IMG/VR virus record: IMGVR_UViG_3300046507_000667 | Location: 124,001-188,000 of that record | Strand: one strand, 5' to 3' | DNA length: 64,000 nt | Shown: in pieces, positions 9,771 to 18,861 of the stretch | Layout of the letters: each line of letters begins with the position of its first letter | How positions within the stretch are numbered: position 1 is the stretch's first letter | The notes under the pieces: generated by a model | The model's database searches: none | What the model saw: the letters and a program-made list of their open reading frames with translations, nothing else | Told to the model about the DNA's origin: nothing | Made by a program: the position numbers and the translations under genes

Positions 9771-10076
9771 TTAGCTGTCAGCTATCCTATTGAGCAATGC
9801 TGCATAATACTCTTTTGTGTCATAACCATCAGACACTGACTTGTCTGCATCATCAATATAATTTCTTAAAGCAAAGATGAATGCATCCATATCTTCTTCA
9901 TACGATGTATCAGGATCATAGTACTTGAATTCAGTACCAATCAAAGCTGCTAACTTTGAAACCTGACCTATCGTAGCATCAGAAAATATCAAGTCATATT
10001 GTTCCTTCACGTCAAGAGAGCTTTCACGGATATTCTCACAAATACCATGAATGAGTTCTAACTTGAACAGCAGCAT
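9771..10076 (-). CDS. Hypothetical protein
   Basis: 101 aa, AAGGAG RBS. Confidence 0.7.
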   Translation of the reverse strand: MLLFKLELIHGICENIRESSLDVKEQYDLIFSDATIGQVSKLAALIGTEFKYYDPDTSYEEDMDAFIFALRNYIDDADKSVSDGYDTKEYYAALLNRIADS

Positions 10077-10085
10077 TATTTCTCC

Positions 10086-10604
10086 TTAATAATCTTTACC
10101 ACGTACATCATTAAGCTCTTTATCAAGCTTAACAGTACTTACTGATACACATTGAGAGCTAATACGATCTGTCTTTAATTTCTCACAGATATACTTACAA
10201 GCTTGCTCAGTAGTAAGCTTTCCCTCAGTGTACCAAATAGACAATCGGCGATTGCCACGCATACCGAAATCATGATCAAGTTCAATCTTAGTAATAGTAT
10301 TGGTAGATTTACTATCAAGATTGCCTTTAGCTGCAGCATCCTCATATGCTGATTCTTCAGAAGTAAAATACCCTTCTGAAAGTTTTTCAAGCTTGTCGTT
10401 GAACCAATACCACTTATTAGATGTCATCGCTTTAGAGGCAAAGTAACCTGCAGAGTTACAAATGTCTTTAAGCGTACCTTTTTCAGCATCCTTCTTAATC
10501 TGTTCAAGCAAATCAAGAATTTGCTTAACTGACATCGAGTCACTCTTCTTATATTCGCTGAAAACTGCGATTCTTTCTTCGATTGACTTAACCAACGAGT
10601 TCAT
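10086..10604 (-). CDS. Hypothetical protein
   Basis: 172 aa, AAGGA RBS, operon packing. Confidence 0.7.
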   Translation of the reverse strand: MNSLVKSIEERIAVFSEYKKSDSMSVKQILDLLEQIKKDAEKGTLKDICNSAGYFASKAMTSNKWYWFNDKLEKLSEGYFTSEESAYEDAAAKGNLDSKSTNTITKIELDHDFGMRGNRRLSIWYTEGKLTTEQACKYICEKLKTDRISSQCVSVSTVKLDKELNDVRGKDY

Positions 10605-10616
10605 TTTCTTCTTTCC

Positions 10617-11030
10617 TTAGATGATTTCTTGATAATTTTTATAGAAAATACACTGCATCAATTCAAAACAAGCTTCTTCTTTTGTCAAGAAGTATTTTTT
10701 GACAGTCAGTACTTGCTGAAGCTTCTCATTATCATATGCAAGTTCATAAAACTTGAATTGCTTACGAGAAGGACAAAAGTGAGCATAGGCATGATAGTCA
10801 ATCATACCTTCAGTCTTACGTGTCTCAACAATCTGAGTATTCAAGCAACCTAAAACATGCTCACGATTACGGTCAAGCTTTTTGAGAATAACCTTAATCT
10901 GATCAAGACCTCCTACAACTGGAGTTCCTTTCATAGAGATAGGCTTATTTTCATGAAGCTTTTTCGTTACTTCGGCAGCAGCTAAATCAACACCTTCCAA
11001 GGCGCAAGAAACATCAGCCATGGTAACCAT
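10617..11030 (-). CDS. Hypothetical protein
   Basis: 137 aa, AAGGA RBS. Confidence 0.7.
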   Translation of the reverse strand: MVTMADVSCALEGVDLAAAEVTKKLHENKPISMKGTPVVGGLDQIKVILKKLDRNREHVLGCLNTQIVETRKTEGMIDYHAYAHFCPSRKQFKFYELAYDNEKLQQVLTVKKYFLTKEEACFELMQCIFYKNYQEII

Positions 11031-11039
11031 TACTTTTCC

Positions 11040-11144
11040 TTAGTTTAAATAGTTATACCACAAATAAAGCAGTGATGCAACAACAGGTGTAACAAGATAC
11101 AGATAGTTGGATGCTACAAATTTCCTAGGTTTATCATCATCCAT
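11040..11144 (-). CDS. Putative 34-aa single-TM peptide MDDDKPRKFVASNYLYLVTPVVASLLYLWYNYLN
   Basis: Fills the gap; its stop overlaps the RBS of the next gene; below ORF-track cutoff. Confidence 0.45.
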   Translation of the reverse strand: MDDDKPRKFVASNYLYLVTPVVASLLYLWYNYLN

Positions 11145-11178
11145 ACAATCTTTTCTTGGAACACAGAAAAACAATGAT

Positions 11179-11216
11179 AATCCTATACTCTCCCTCGTAT
11201 GAAAGAGTATAGGATT
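11179..11216. terminator. CCC(T/C)ATAC-family hairpin
   Basis: AATCCTATACTCT/AGAGTATAGGATT stem. Confidence 0.7.
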
Positions 11217-11228
11217 CCATTACACTAT

Positions 11229-11438
11229 TTAATGTAAAGACATACTGGCCGCGTAATTATTTTCAAGTAGCATACCCATTTCCACTCGCTCTTTTGTTTC
11301 CAACATGTTCTTTCGAACTTCAGGAATCTCCAGATTGAGGAAGTTATGCGCTCCTACATCAAGCAAGTAGAGATGCTCCATGATAGTATTACGCATAACA
11401 AGCTGATGCAAGAATTCTGTTTCAGAGTCAAAGCACAT
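11229..11438 (-). CDS. Hypothetical protein (start moved to ATG 11438)
   Basis: AAAGGA RBS precedes MCFDSETEF; the longer track start overlaps the upstream gene. Confidence 0.6.
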   Translation of the reverse strand: MCFDSETEFLHQLVMRNTIMEHLYLLDVGAHNFLNLEIPEVRKNMLETKERVEMGMLLENNYAASMSLH

Positions 11439-11520
11439 GATTTTTCCTTTTGCAATTAGTAGAATTATTGATTTTATAGTTACAAAGATAAAATATATGT
11501 CTGATTGCTGCTTCAATACC

Positions 11521-11907
11521 CTATGGAAGTTGGGCGTTGATATCTTGCTGAACAAGCTCAGGCTTTTCTAATCGTTTCCAAATTAATAAGCTTGCCACAT
11601 ATGCAGATAATTGATGGAGAACAGTCTGCACCTCTATAAGATAGTGCATTTGATCATTCTTGTCGTCCATTAAGTATATACATATTGCCGTTATCTGATC
11701 TTCGTTATAACGTTGACAATCTAATAATTTTTTAAGCCGAGTAGTATAGTTTTTTGCAATCTTGATCTCTTGCAAGGTAACAAGACTTTTCATTTCTTCA
11801 ATCTTGTTAAAGTATGATTGGATATAAGATACATCATACTTCTTGCCATGTTGAGTGAACTTTTTGAGTTCAGACTTTAGAGACCTTAAAGATGGTAGTT
11901 GTGCCAC
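11521..11907 (-). CDS. Hypothetical early protein, probable paralog of 12110-12472
   Basis: 128 aa, AGGAG RBS, GTG start. Confidence 0.65.
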   Translation of the reverse strand: MAQLPSLRSLKSELKKFTQHGKKYDVSYIQSYFNKIEEMKSLVTLQEIKIAKNYTTRLKKLLDCQRYNEDQITAICIYLMDDKNDQMHYLIEVQTVLHQLSAYVASLLIWKRLEKPELVQQDINAQLP

Positions 11908-11944
11908 TTTTATCTCCTATAACTGTACTATACATCAGGTACGA

Positions 11945-11960
11945 CATAAAAATAATATAT
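11945..11960 (-). promoter_or_regulatory. Early promoter ATATATTAT-N5-TG
   Basis: ATATATTAT tttta TG. Confidence 0.75.
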
Positions 11961-12069
11961 ATTTAAACAAAAAATAAGTACAGTAGTAGTAAACCCTATC
12001 CTTCTAAATTAAAATAGTTATATATCGCTACACTCAAATACTATTTTAATAAAAACAAAGTTATCACAC

Positions 12070-12101
12070 CCCCTACTCCTTCTCTCAATAAGGAGTAGGG
12101 G
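12070..12101. terminator. CCC(T/C)ATAC-family hairpin (variant)
   Basis: CCCCTACTCCTT/AAGGAGTAGGGG stem. Confidence 0.7.
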
Positions 12102-12109
12102 ATTATACT

Positions 12110-12472
12110 TTATTCTATATGGGCTAGCTCCTGTTTAGGTTTGTCTAGCTCCAATCGTCGAGTATATAGAACTTTCTTAATCTCTTTAATAGTATTCATT
12201 CGTTTTTTGATGTCTAATACTTCTCTATTGAACATGTAGTCTACGAATTGAACTGCAATATTACCAAACCTCCTAGCAATTAATCGGTTCTCGCCATGAA
12301 TGCGACGAGTTTTCTGATAAAGGAGTTCTAACTGAAACATCACATCACTGTAGTGTTTTCGCTTTCTATTTATAGTACTTTTATCCATGCTTTTGAAGCC
12401 AGTTTTATAGTAATGGAGAGATGCTTCCAAATTAGCAAGACTTGGTATTTCAACCTTTACTGGTGCTGGCAT
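12110..12472 (-). CDS. Hypothetical basic early protein
   Basis: 120 aa, AAGGA RBS. Confidence 0.7.
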   Translation of the reverse strand: MPAPVKVEIPSLANLEASLHYYKTGFKSMDKSTINRKRKHYSDVMFQLELLYQKTRRIHGENRLIARRFGNIAVQFVDYMFNREVLDIKKRMNTIKEIKKVLYTRRLELDKPKQELAHIE

Positions 12473-12533
12473 TTCATCTTCCTTTCAAATATTAATATAT
12501 TGCTGACTACTTTTGCAACGGTACTACGTACAT

Positions 12534-12549
12534 CAAATATATAATATAT
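12534..12549 (-). promoter_or_regulatory. Early promoter ATATATTAT-N5-TG
   Basis: ATATATTAT atatt TG. Confidence 0.75.
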
Positions 12550-12578
12550 TTACAAAAAATAAGCAAGTACAAAAATAA

Positions 12579-12607
12579 CCCCATACCCTCTTTTCGAAGG
12601 TATGGGG
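12579..12607. terminator. CCC(T/C)ATAC-family hairpin
   Basis: CCCCATACC/GGTATGGGG stem. Confidence 0.7.
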
Positions 12608-12614
12608 AATTCAA

Positions 12615-13328
12615 TTACTCATCACGCTTATAGTTAACTTGACGGCTATCCATTACAGCACGCATATCTGCAAGAAGCTTTTCAAAGTTTGCAAGATCTG
12701 CAGCATTCGTTCTAATAAGATCATCAATTCGCTTATCAAACTTCTTATTCACATAAGCTAAGCCAACTGTTTCAATTGACGGATCTTCACTAGTGAGTCG
12801 ATGCAATTCAGCCATTTCTTCATGGCGTTCCTTGTTAATCTTATCAATAGCTTGACCATTCTCTTGCTTTAGTTGCTTAACCTGAACACGAAGACGCTCA
12901 TGAAGAGAAGTTAATGAACTATTGATAGTTTCATTTAATCCTTTACGAAACTCATCACTAGGTGCAATAAGTGCCTTAAACTTAACTTGAATCTCATCTT
13001 CACCATAAACAGCCAGCTTAACATCTTCAGTATTGGCAATACCAAGAAGTGCGAGATGATGATTCATCATTAAAATAAAATCATTAAACTTCTTAAGAGT
13101 ATTATATTCACGAGAATTATAAGACCTTAGATGTTTAACAAGTGCATCGATATTTTTATTATGCAAATTAACATAAGAGCCGGGATTATCAGTATTAATC
13201 TCAACTTCCTTAACGTTATTATTCATAGCTAGATGAATCTTAGTACGAATATTGCTAAAAGCTGTGATAAAATCAGCAAATAGATTAGCGTATTTACTTT
13301 GGGGAAGAGGATGAATTGTAGCAGTCAT
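12615..13328 (-). CDS. Hypothetical coiled-coil protein
   Basis: 237 aa, ATGA overlap with the upstream gene. Confidence 0.7.
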   Translation of the reverse strand: MTATIHPLPQSKYANLFADFITAFSNIRTKIHLAMNNNVKEVEINTDNPGSYVNLHNKNIDALVKHLRSYNSREYNTLKKFNDFILMMNHHLALLGIANTEDVKLAVYGEDEIQVKFKALIAPSDEFRKGLNETINSSLTSLHERLRVQVKQLKQENGQAIDKINKERHEEMAELHRLTSEDPSIETVGLAYVNKKFDKRIDDLIRTNAADLANFEKLLADMRAVMDSRQVNYKRDE

Positions 13329-13630
13329 TTGTTAACCTTTTGGGTGAGTTCTTTGAGATAATTGTACTGCTCGATAGGCTCTTTAGTAAAAGCAAGCATG
13401 ATTTCAGAATGCATTGCTTCTACTAAACGAATCATTTCTCTACTAACTTCAGATTTCTTGAAAGCATCAGCTTCAATCAATACTGGACCACTATTGTGGC
13501 GATATCCTACTCTACCATCCTCAAGTATGATTACATCATACAAGTTTCTTGCTGTCTCGTGAGTCAATCGAATAGCTTTAGTTGACTCTTTGGTCTTTTG
13601 GTTTACGAAGACATTGGTAGCAAAGTACAT
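13325..13630 (-). CDS. Hypothetical protein
   Basis: 101 aa, operon packing. Confidence 0.65.
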   Translation of the reverse strand: MYFATNVFVNQKTKESTKAIRLTHETARNLYDVIILEDGRVGYRHNSGPVLIEADAFKKSEVSREMIRLVEAMHSEIMLAFTKEPIEQYNYLKELTQKVNK

Positions 13631-13633
13631 AGA

Positions 13634-14221
13634 TTATCGCCGTGGTAGTTGAAATACAGGAGCCTTTGCAACTGCTGAAAGAGCAATTGATGAAGCTTCT
13701 TGATTAGCAAAATCAGGATTGCATTCAGGGCGATATACAACCTTGTAATTACGCGCACGCTGTTCAAAACTAACTACATGGCGTAGCTTAATAACTTCAA
13801 CATATGCCTCCCAATGACGTGGAAGACCATCTTTCTTTTCATAAAACTTTTGGAAAGATACTGCAAAGATCTTTTCAACCTTGAATGGATCTGGATGATC
13901 AACGAATGCACAAACTGAATGATTCTTAAGAAGTTCAGCAAGCTGTAGTTGTCGTTCAGCTAGAGTCGTGCCATCAGAAATAAGAGACTGGCGCATCCAA
14001 GCATTGACTTTAGTTGCAATGGCTGGATGAGGAAACTCATTATAACCGCCCATATTCAAATGCATTGCCATTGCTTCAAGAAGATTCCTCTTGGTACGCT
14101 CAATAAAATGATGCTTACCAGTCTTTTCATTGAAACTATAATGACTAATTGACTGTGGCATTGGCTTTACTTGCCGATCAAGAAGTTTACCATCTTTCTT
14201 AAGTTCAAATACGTTTGACAT
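13634..14221 (-). CDS. Hypothetical protein
   Basis: 195 aa, AAGGA RBS. Confidence 0.7.
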   Translation of the reverse strand: MSNVFELKKDGKLLDRQVKPMPQSISHYSFNEKTGKHHFIERTKRNLLEAMAMHLNMGGYNEFPHPAIATKVNAWMRQSLISDGTTLAERQLQLAELLKNHSVCAFVDHPDPFKVEKIFAVSFQKFYEKKDGLPRHWEAYVEVIKLRHVVSFEQRARNYKVVYRPECNPDFANQEASSIALSAVAKAPVFQLPRR

Positions 14222-14254
14222 GATACTTTCCTTAGTAGATTTATTAGTAAAAAA

Positions 14255-14551
14255 TTAAGCTGATACAGGGATTAAGTTATTAATATTACTGTAATCAAAT
14301 TCACTAGCTGTACAACGACCACGATCTGAGGCACGGTTATAGCGCCAACCTAGACCATTGGATGCACCATCATTTCCTTGGATACACTCATATGGAGTTC
14401 CTTCATTGGAAATTTTGATGATCTTAATCTTCTTACCACCGATTGTATAATAGATCTTACCTACTTTAAAAGGTACACTCTTATCAATCAATGCTTGAAA
14501 TTCTTCTTTCGTAAAACGACGATTCTTTTTGCTTTTAGCGTATGAAGGCAT
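14255..14551 (-). CDS. Hypothetical basic protein
   Basis: 98 aa. Confidence 0.65.
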   Translation of the reverse strand: MPSYAKSKKNRRFTKEEFQALIDKSVPFKVGKIYYTIGGKKIKIIKISNEGTPYECIQGNDGASNGLGWRYNRASDRGRCTASEFDYSNINNLIPVSA

Positions 14552-14616
14552 GGTAGCTCTTTTATTAGAAGAAAAAGAAAAAAGGAACCCATTTAGGATT
14601 CCTTCTCTGCAATTAT

Positions 14617-14859
14617 TTAAACTGCATTAAATGAGGTCTTTTGCGCCTCATCGGGATTTTCTATTATTTCTTTATAATTATTATATGCAATCACTGTAAA
14701 GAAGATGAAAGTGATTGCCATCGTTACAAGCGCAGCCTTGCGACCAGCAAACAGAAGTACGAAGAAGTTGATAGCTGTAAAGAACATTACAGCTACAGCT
14801 ATTTTCAATGATACCGCCACTTGCAAGGCAGGAATCATCGAAAGATCTATCGTATTCAT
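14617..14859 (-). CDS. Small two-TM membrane protein
   Basis: 80 aa, two hydrophobic stretches, AAGGA RBS. Confidence 0.65.
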   Translation of the reverse strand: MNTIDLSMIPALQVAVSLKIAVAVMFFTAINFFVLLFAGRKAALVTMAITFIFFTVIAYNNYKEIIENPDEAQKTSFNAV

Positions 14860-14897
14860 GTGTTTCTTTCCTTTCAGTCCGAAGACTCTAATTAGAT

Positions 14898-15116
14898 TTA
14901 TAGCGACTTACGATCAGTAACGATGCTACATAGTAATGCCATAGCAATTACAATCATAACCGACAGGCCTGCACCTACTTTACTAAATGCCTTAATATGC
15001 TCAAAAGGCATTGCCACCATATTCAAAATCATAAAGATAATGATTGGCAGTATAAGAATAACTGCAAGTACACTAAACAGTCCGGGCGTTTTGCCGTTGG
15101 CTTTATTATTAATCAT
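14898..15116 (-). CDS. Small two-TM membrane protein
   Basis: 72 aa, two hydrophobic stretches. Confidence 0.6.
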   Translation of the reverse strand: MINNKANGKTPGLFSVLAVILILPIIIFMILNMVAMPFEHIKAFSKVGAGLSVMIVIAMALLCSIVTDRKSL

Positions 15117-15174
15117 GACGTTATTTACTTTGGTTTGAATATTTATTGGTTTACCTGCAGCTACTCAAATTCAA

Positions 15175-15444
15175 TTAACGCTGATAATGGCTATAGTAAC
15201 GCTTGCCATTGAATTGCTTACGACGTGCCAGACTGATAGCCTGAATGATACGACCATCCATAATCAGCACATACAACGTTCCGAGAAGGAGAGCAATTAC
15301 AAAGAGCAAATTGAAAACGATGATATTTTCTTGAATGAACGGAATCGTTTTGAACTTCTCATAGATACGAGCAAGAAGATTCCAACCAAGAATGATCGTC
15401 GTAACAGTTGCAGCGAAAACAACAGAATTGATAAACTTTTTCAT
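15175..15444 (-). CDS. Small two-TM membrane protein
   Basis: 89 aa, two hydrophobic stretches. Confidence 0.6.
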   Translation of the reverse strand: MKKFINSVVFAATVTTIILGWNLLARIYEKFKTIPFIQENIIVFNLLFVIALLLGTLYVLIMDGRIIQAISLARRKQFNGKRYYSHYQR

Positions 15445-15472
15445 GATTCTTTATGATTAATTAGAATGAGAA

Positions 15473-16075
15473 TTAGATAGAATATGGCATTTCTGCCACT
15501 TCCTTTGCATCAACACATTGAAGATCCACTACATTCCAGAACTTATCGATCTGAGCTTTACGATTATTAATCGCATGATCAATCGCTGATTGCTGATCTG
15601 GAAAATCCTGCTGTACTATTGATACATAGTTATTTGCTGCACGAATATCTTTAAGACTTGCAGAGAGAACTGCATATGCATCATCATCATCACCCGTCAT
15701 ATTGCAATGATGAAGTAATTGCTCATCAAATCTCGATACAGCAAGATTATTTGATAAATCAACTACATGCGTCGTGTCTTTATCTTTTTCAGACGCCTTC
15801 TCGAACGCCAGAGGATTAGGGTTACTGTAAAGCGCATCATGGATGGTCTCACCAACAAGGCATTCTTCTTCGTCGCCAAGAGGGATGTGACGCCCAAAAT
15901 CTTCTTGGTAAAGGATTGCATTTGCCGCTCCGATCTTATTTCCGGGAAGACCTGCAACTTCTTTGATTACGAATGAATCCGGATGTTCCTCTGTATTATA
16001 GTGAACTTCAAATTCACCATCTGAATCATCTGTGACAAAACGAAACTTTTCACCTTGTTTAATACGGATTTCCAT
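15473..16075 (-). CDS. Hypothetical acidic protein
   Basis: 200 aa, TAAGGA RBS. Confidence 0.7.
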   Translation of the reverse strand: MEIRIKQGEKFRFVTDDSDGEFEVHYNTEEHPDSFVIKEVAGLPGNKIGAANAILYQEDFGRHIPLGDEEECLVGETIHDALYSNPNPLAFEKASEKDKDTTHVVDLSNNLAVSRFDEQLLHHCNMTGDDDDAYAVLSASLKDIRAANNYVSIVQQDFPDQQSAIDHAINNRKAQIDKFWNVVDLQCVDAKEVAEMPYSI

Positions 16076-16092
16076 TCTTTTCCTTAATTGGA

Positions 16093-16428
16093 TTAGATTT
16101 CTGGAGGTGCTACAGGAGCAAAGGGAAGAGGTTTATACTCTAATAGAGCCTCGATCCTTGCTATCAATTCTTGTGGTGCTGTAAGTTTAAGCCAAGGTAA
16201 TACTTCTTGGAATAATTGGTAGCAATCTGATTCACGAAAATGTTCTCCTCGTTTATCATATCCTCGCATTATGGCATTTGCAAACCATGAATGCATCCAT
16301 TCTTCATCAAGAGCAGCTACAGGTTCTTTTGTTTTAAGAATATCAACAAAACCTTTAGCCCAATCTCTAGCATCAAAAGAATGATACCAATCTGGTACCT
16401 TACTAGCCCCTTTATCTGAACTTGTCAT
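16093..16428 (-). CDS. Hypothetical protein, possibly leaderless
   Basis: 111 aa; ATG lies at the early-promoter start region. Confidence 0.65.
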   Translation of the reverse strand: MTSSDKGASKVPDWYHSFDARDWAKGFVDILKTKEPVAALDEEWMHSWFANAIMRGYDKRGEHFRESDCYQLFQEVLPWLKLTAPQELIARIEALLEYKPLPFAPVAPPEI

Positions 16429-16441
16429 GAAGATAATATAT
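16426..16441 (-). promoter_or_regulatory. Early promoter ATATATTAT-N5-TG
   Basis: ATATATTAT cttca TG. Confidence 0.7.
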
Positions 16442-16461
16442 CAATAAAGAAGATTTAAATA

Positions 16462-16489
16462 CCCTATACCCTCCGAAGAAGGTATAGGG
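16462..16489. terminator. CCC(T/C)ATAC-family hairpin
   Basis: CCCTATACC/GGTATAGGG stem. Confidence 0.7.
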
Positions 16490-16496
16490 ATTTTAA

Positions 16497-17066
16497 TTAA
16501 CGAAGCTTAAGCGGACCTGATTCTTTCTTACTATTAAAGACAGCTTGAGTCTTATCCGTAGTAACGATATCATATTCAGCAAGATCAATTTTTGGATAAC
16601 CTGCCATAGACAGCAGCTTACCCTTCCAGAAATAACCTAGATTTGTTTCATAGTTACGCTTTTGATCAAGAAGACGAGTCTGACCATTCTGGAATTCATC
16701 ACGACCTGCAATGATTACTTCTTGAATCTTACGATATAGAGTAGCATCTAGTGTAGGATTCTGTTCCTTAATAGCTTGAAAGACTGCCTTGGAACCATCC
16801 TTACCATAACGACCACTAATAGCCGCAGATGTTACCTTATTGATATCATCACGATACATTTCAGGTACTTGTGCAACCTCCATGACCTTTTGAGTATAGG
16901 TTGCATAGATATTTTGGTTATTCTTATAAGTTGCCTTGATGCCTTGTTCAGCCGAATTACCATAATTGCTTGCTGACACATATGACATAAAGAGAAATGC
17001 AAATACAACAAATAGTGCTACGATGATAACTACTGCGCTTGTTGCAATACCTTGTTGCTTTTTCAT
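16497..17066 (-). CDS. LemA-like membrane-anchored helical protein
   Basis: N-terminal TM, helical body (AQVPEMY, GRYGKDGSKA, KEQNP, AGYPK); family call from recall. Confidence 0.55.
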   Translation of the reverse strand: MKKQQGIATSAVVIIVALFVVFAFLFMSYVSASNYGNSAEQGIKATYKNNQNIYATYTQKVMEVAQVPEMYRDDINKVTSAAISGRYGKDGSKAVFQAIKEQNPTLDATLYRKIQEVIIAGRDEFQNGQTRLLDQKRNYETNLGYFWKGKLLSMAGYPKIDLAEYDIVTTDKTQAVFNSKKESGPLKLR

Positions 17067-17086
17067 GATTTTCTTTCCTATTAATA

Positions 17087-18133
17087 TTATTTACTACGAA
17101 CGTATATGAGATTGAGGAAAAATGCTACGGCAAGAATAATACCATCTACAATCCACACCCATACAGGGAATGACTCTTCTGACTCAAGATATTTAAAATC
17201 TTTCATATGCTTACGCTGAAAGCTTTCAATAATATTCTTTCGAATAGCTCGATCAATATCAATATATTTATTGATATCACCGATATCTTGAATTTCATCA
17301 GCTAATTTAGTCTTGAAAAGCTGATTATCAGTCCAACTGAGTATCTTTACCCAATTAATAGTTGAGTTGGTTGCGCTCATTACTACAATTACATCATTCT
17401 TCTTACCACCTAACCATGCATGTTTGAGTGCATAGAAATAATCACCATCTTTTACATCAGTGATATAGACAACGACATTCACCTGCTTTTGAGGACCAAT
17501 ATCGCTAAGAATAAATGAAATATCCTTAGCCCATTCACTTTGATTAGGTACACTTACACCTGAACCAAGTACCCGACTAATCTTATAATAATCATAAATT
17601 GAATCAGGATAAGGAATAATGGTCTTCTTATATTTTTCAAATGCAGCTTTTTCTGCTGAAGCATTGAATAGCGATTCAGGTGATGCCTTAATATAGTTAG
17701 TGTAATAATGATCACATGCAGCAGGTTCACCAATTACAATACGGTCATATCGTTTTGGTATACGACGTGGACTATCCGTTGTACCTACTTTAATATCACC
17801 AACTGTAGTATAAGCATGCCAATTATACTCATCAACATGCCGCCAACAAGTTTGGCAACTGCCTTTGCTATCACAATTACAAGGATATGACTCATCATAT
17901 GAATCATCTGTCATACCCTTGCTAGTTACTTCACCATTCCAAATCTCAATATCACGAGTTTGATACCCGAGACCAAAGACTAAGAATGCTACAGAAATCA
18001 TCATTACAAGTATATTTAATGCTATTGCTGCTCTTGGATCACGATAACGTCCAGTATTCTTTACTGACCATATCATGAACCCAACAATGATCAAAATATT
18101 GACCATGATGATGAAAAACTTAATGGCGTTCAT
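17087..18133 (-). CDS. Membrane protein with Cys-rich loop and TPM-like domain
   Basis: Two N-terminal TMs, CNC..CxxC, WLGGKKNDVIVV, C-terminal TM. Confidence 0.55.
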   Translation of the reverse strand: MNAIKFFIIMVNILIIVGFMIWSVKNTGRYRDPRAAIALNILVMMISVAFLVFGLGYQTRDIEIWNGEVTSKGMTDDSYDESYPCNCDSKGSCQTCWRHVDEYNWHAYTTVGDIKVGTTDSPRRIPKRYDRIVIGEPAACDHYYTNYIKASPESLFNASAEKAAFEKYKKTIIPYPDSIYDYYKISRVLGSGVSVPNQSEWAKDISFILSDIGPQKQVNVVVYITDVKDGDYFYALKHAWLGGKKNDVIVVMSATNSTINWVKILSWTDNQLFKTKLADEIQDIGDINKYIDIDRAIRKNIIESFQRKHMKDFKYLESEESFPVWVWIVDGIILAVAFFLNLIYVRSK

Positions 18134-18568
18134 TTACATTCCTTCATTAAGGAACCTGCTGATTTTTGTTAATTTTCTACAGAACCAATCAAGTTGTATA
18201 TCATCTATATCTGCAAGATTGCCCTTGTAAATATAGTAGCCAATCTTAAGATTGACATGAAACTTGTAACGCTCTTCAATTGGTACTGCTAGGGTTATTG
18301 TATGACCTTTAGAATAATCAAAGATTTTATCATGGTCATCAATAATTCTTAGATTAAATACTTTCTCATCCCTTAAAGCTTTCAAAAAGTCAAGATAGGC
18401 TAAGAATTCCAATTCTTTTTCACTATCATGCTCAGCCATAAAGAATAGCTCTATATAGTCATACTTAGAGATACGACTATATAGAATTTGGTTCAGAAAC
18501 CAACACCAATGACAAAACTTGAAAAGCTTTTTACCTGAAATCTTTTTTAGTTTATTTAAGTGGAACAT
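18134..18568 (-). CDS. Hypothetical protein
   Basis: 144 aa, operon packing. Confidence 0.6.
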   Translation of the reverse strand: MFHLNKLKKISGKKLFKFCHWCWFLNQILYSRISKYDYIELFFMAEHDSEKELEFLAYLDFLKALRDEKVFNLRIIDDHDKIFDYSKGHTITLAVPIEERYKFHVNLKIGYYIYKGNLADIDDIQLDWFCRKLTKISRFLNEGM

Positions 18569-18570
18569 GA

Positions 18571-18861
18571 TTAATTAAATGCAATACGTCCTTGGAAGGA
18601 ACGAGCTAGGAAAAGAACTAAATTAGCTTTAAGTTCTTTAATAGTCAAGAAACCATCAACAACTTGCCCTTTATTAACTTGAATAAGCAGTGAATCAATT
18701 TCCATTTTAAAAGCATCGTCACGTTGATAACTTCTAGGACAAAGATACATATGGCCTTCACGTTGCTCTTTAGGCTTCTTTGCATCCTCTAGAATTTCAA
18801 TGAAGAATTTTTGAATTGCTTCATATTCCATTGCTTCTTTTGCAATAGGCAACAAGCTCAT
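18571..18861 (-). CDS. Hypothetical protein
   Basis: 96 aa, AAGGA RBS, ATGA overlap. Confidence 0.65.
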   Translation of the reverse strand: MSLLPIAKEAMEYEAIQKFFIEILEDAKKPKEQREGHMYLCPRSYQRDDAFKMEIDSLLIQVNKGQVVDGFLTIKELKANLVLFLARSFQGRIAFN

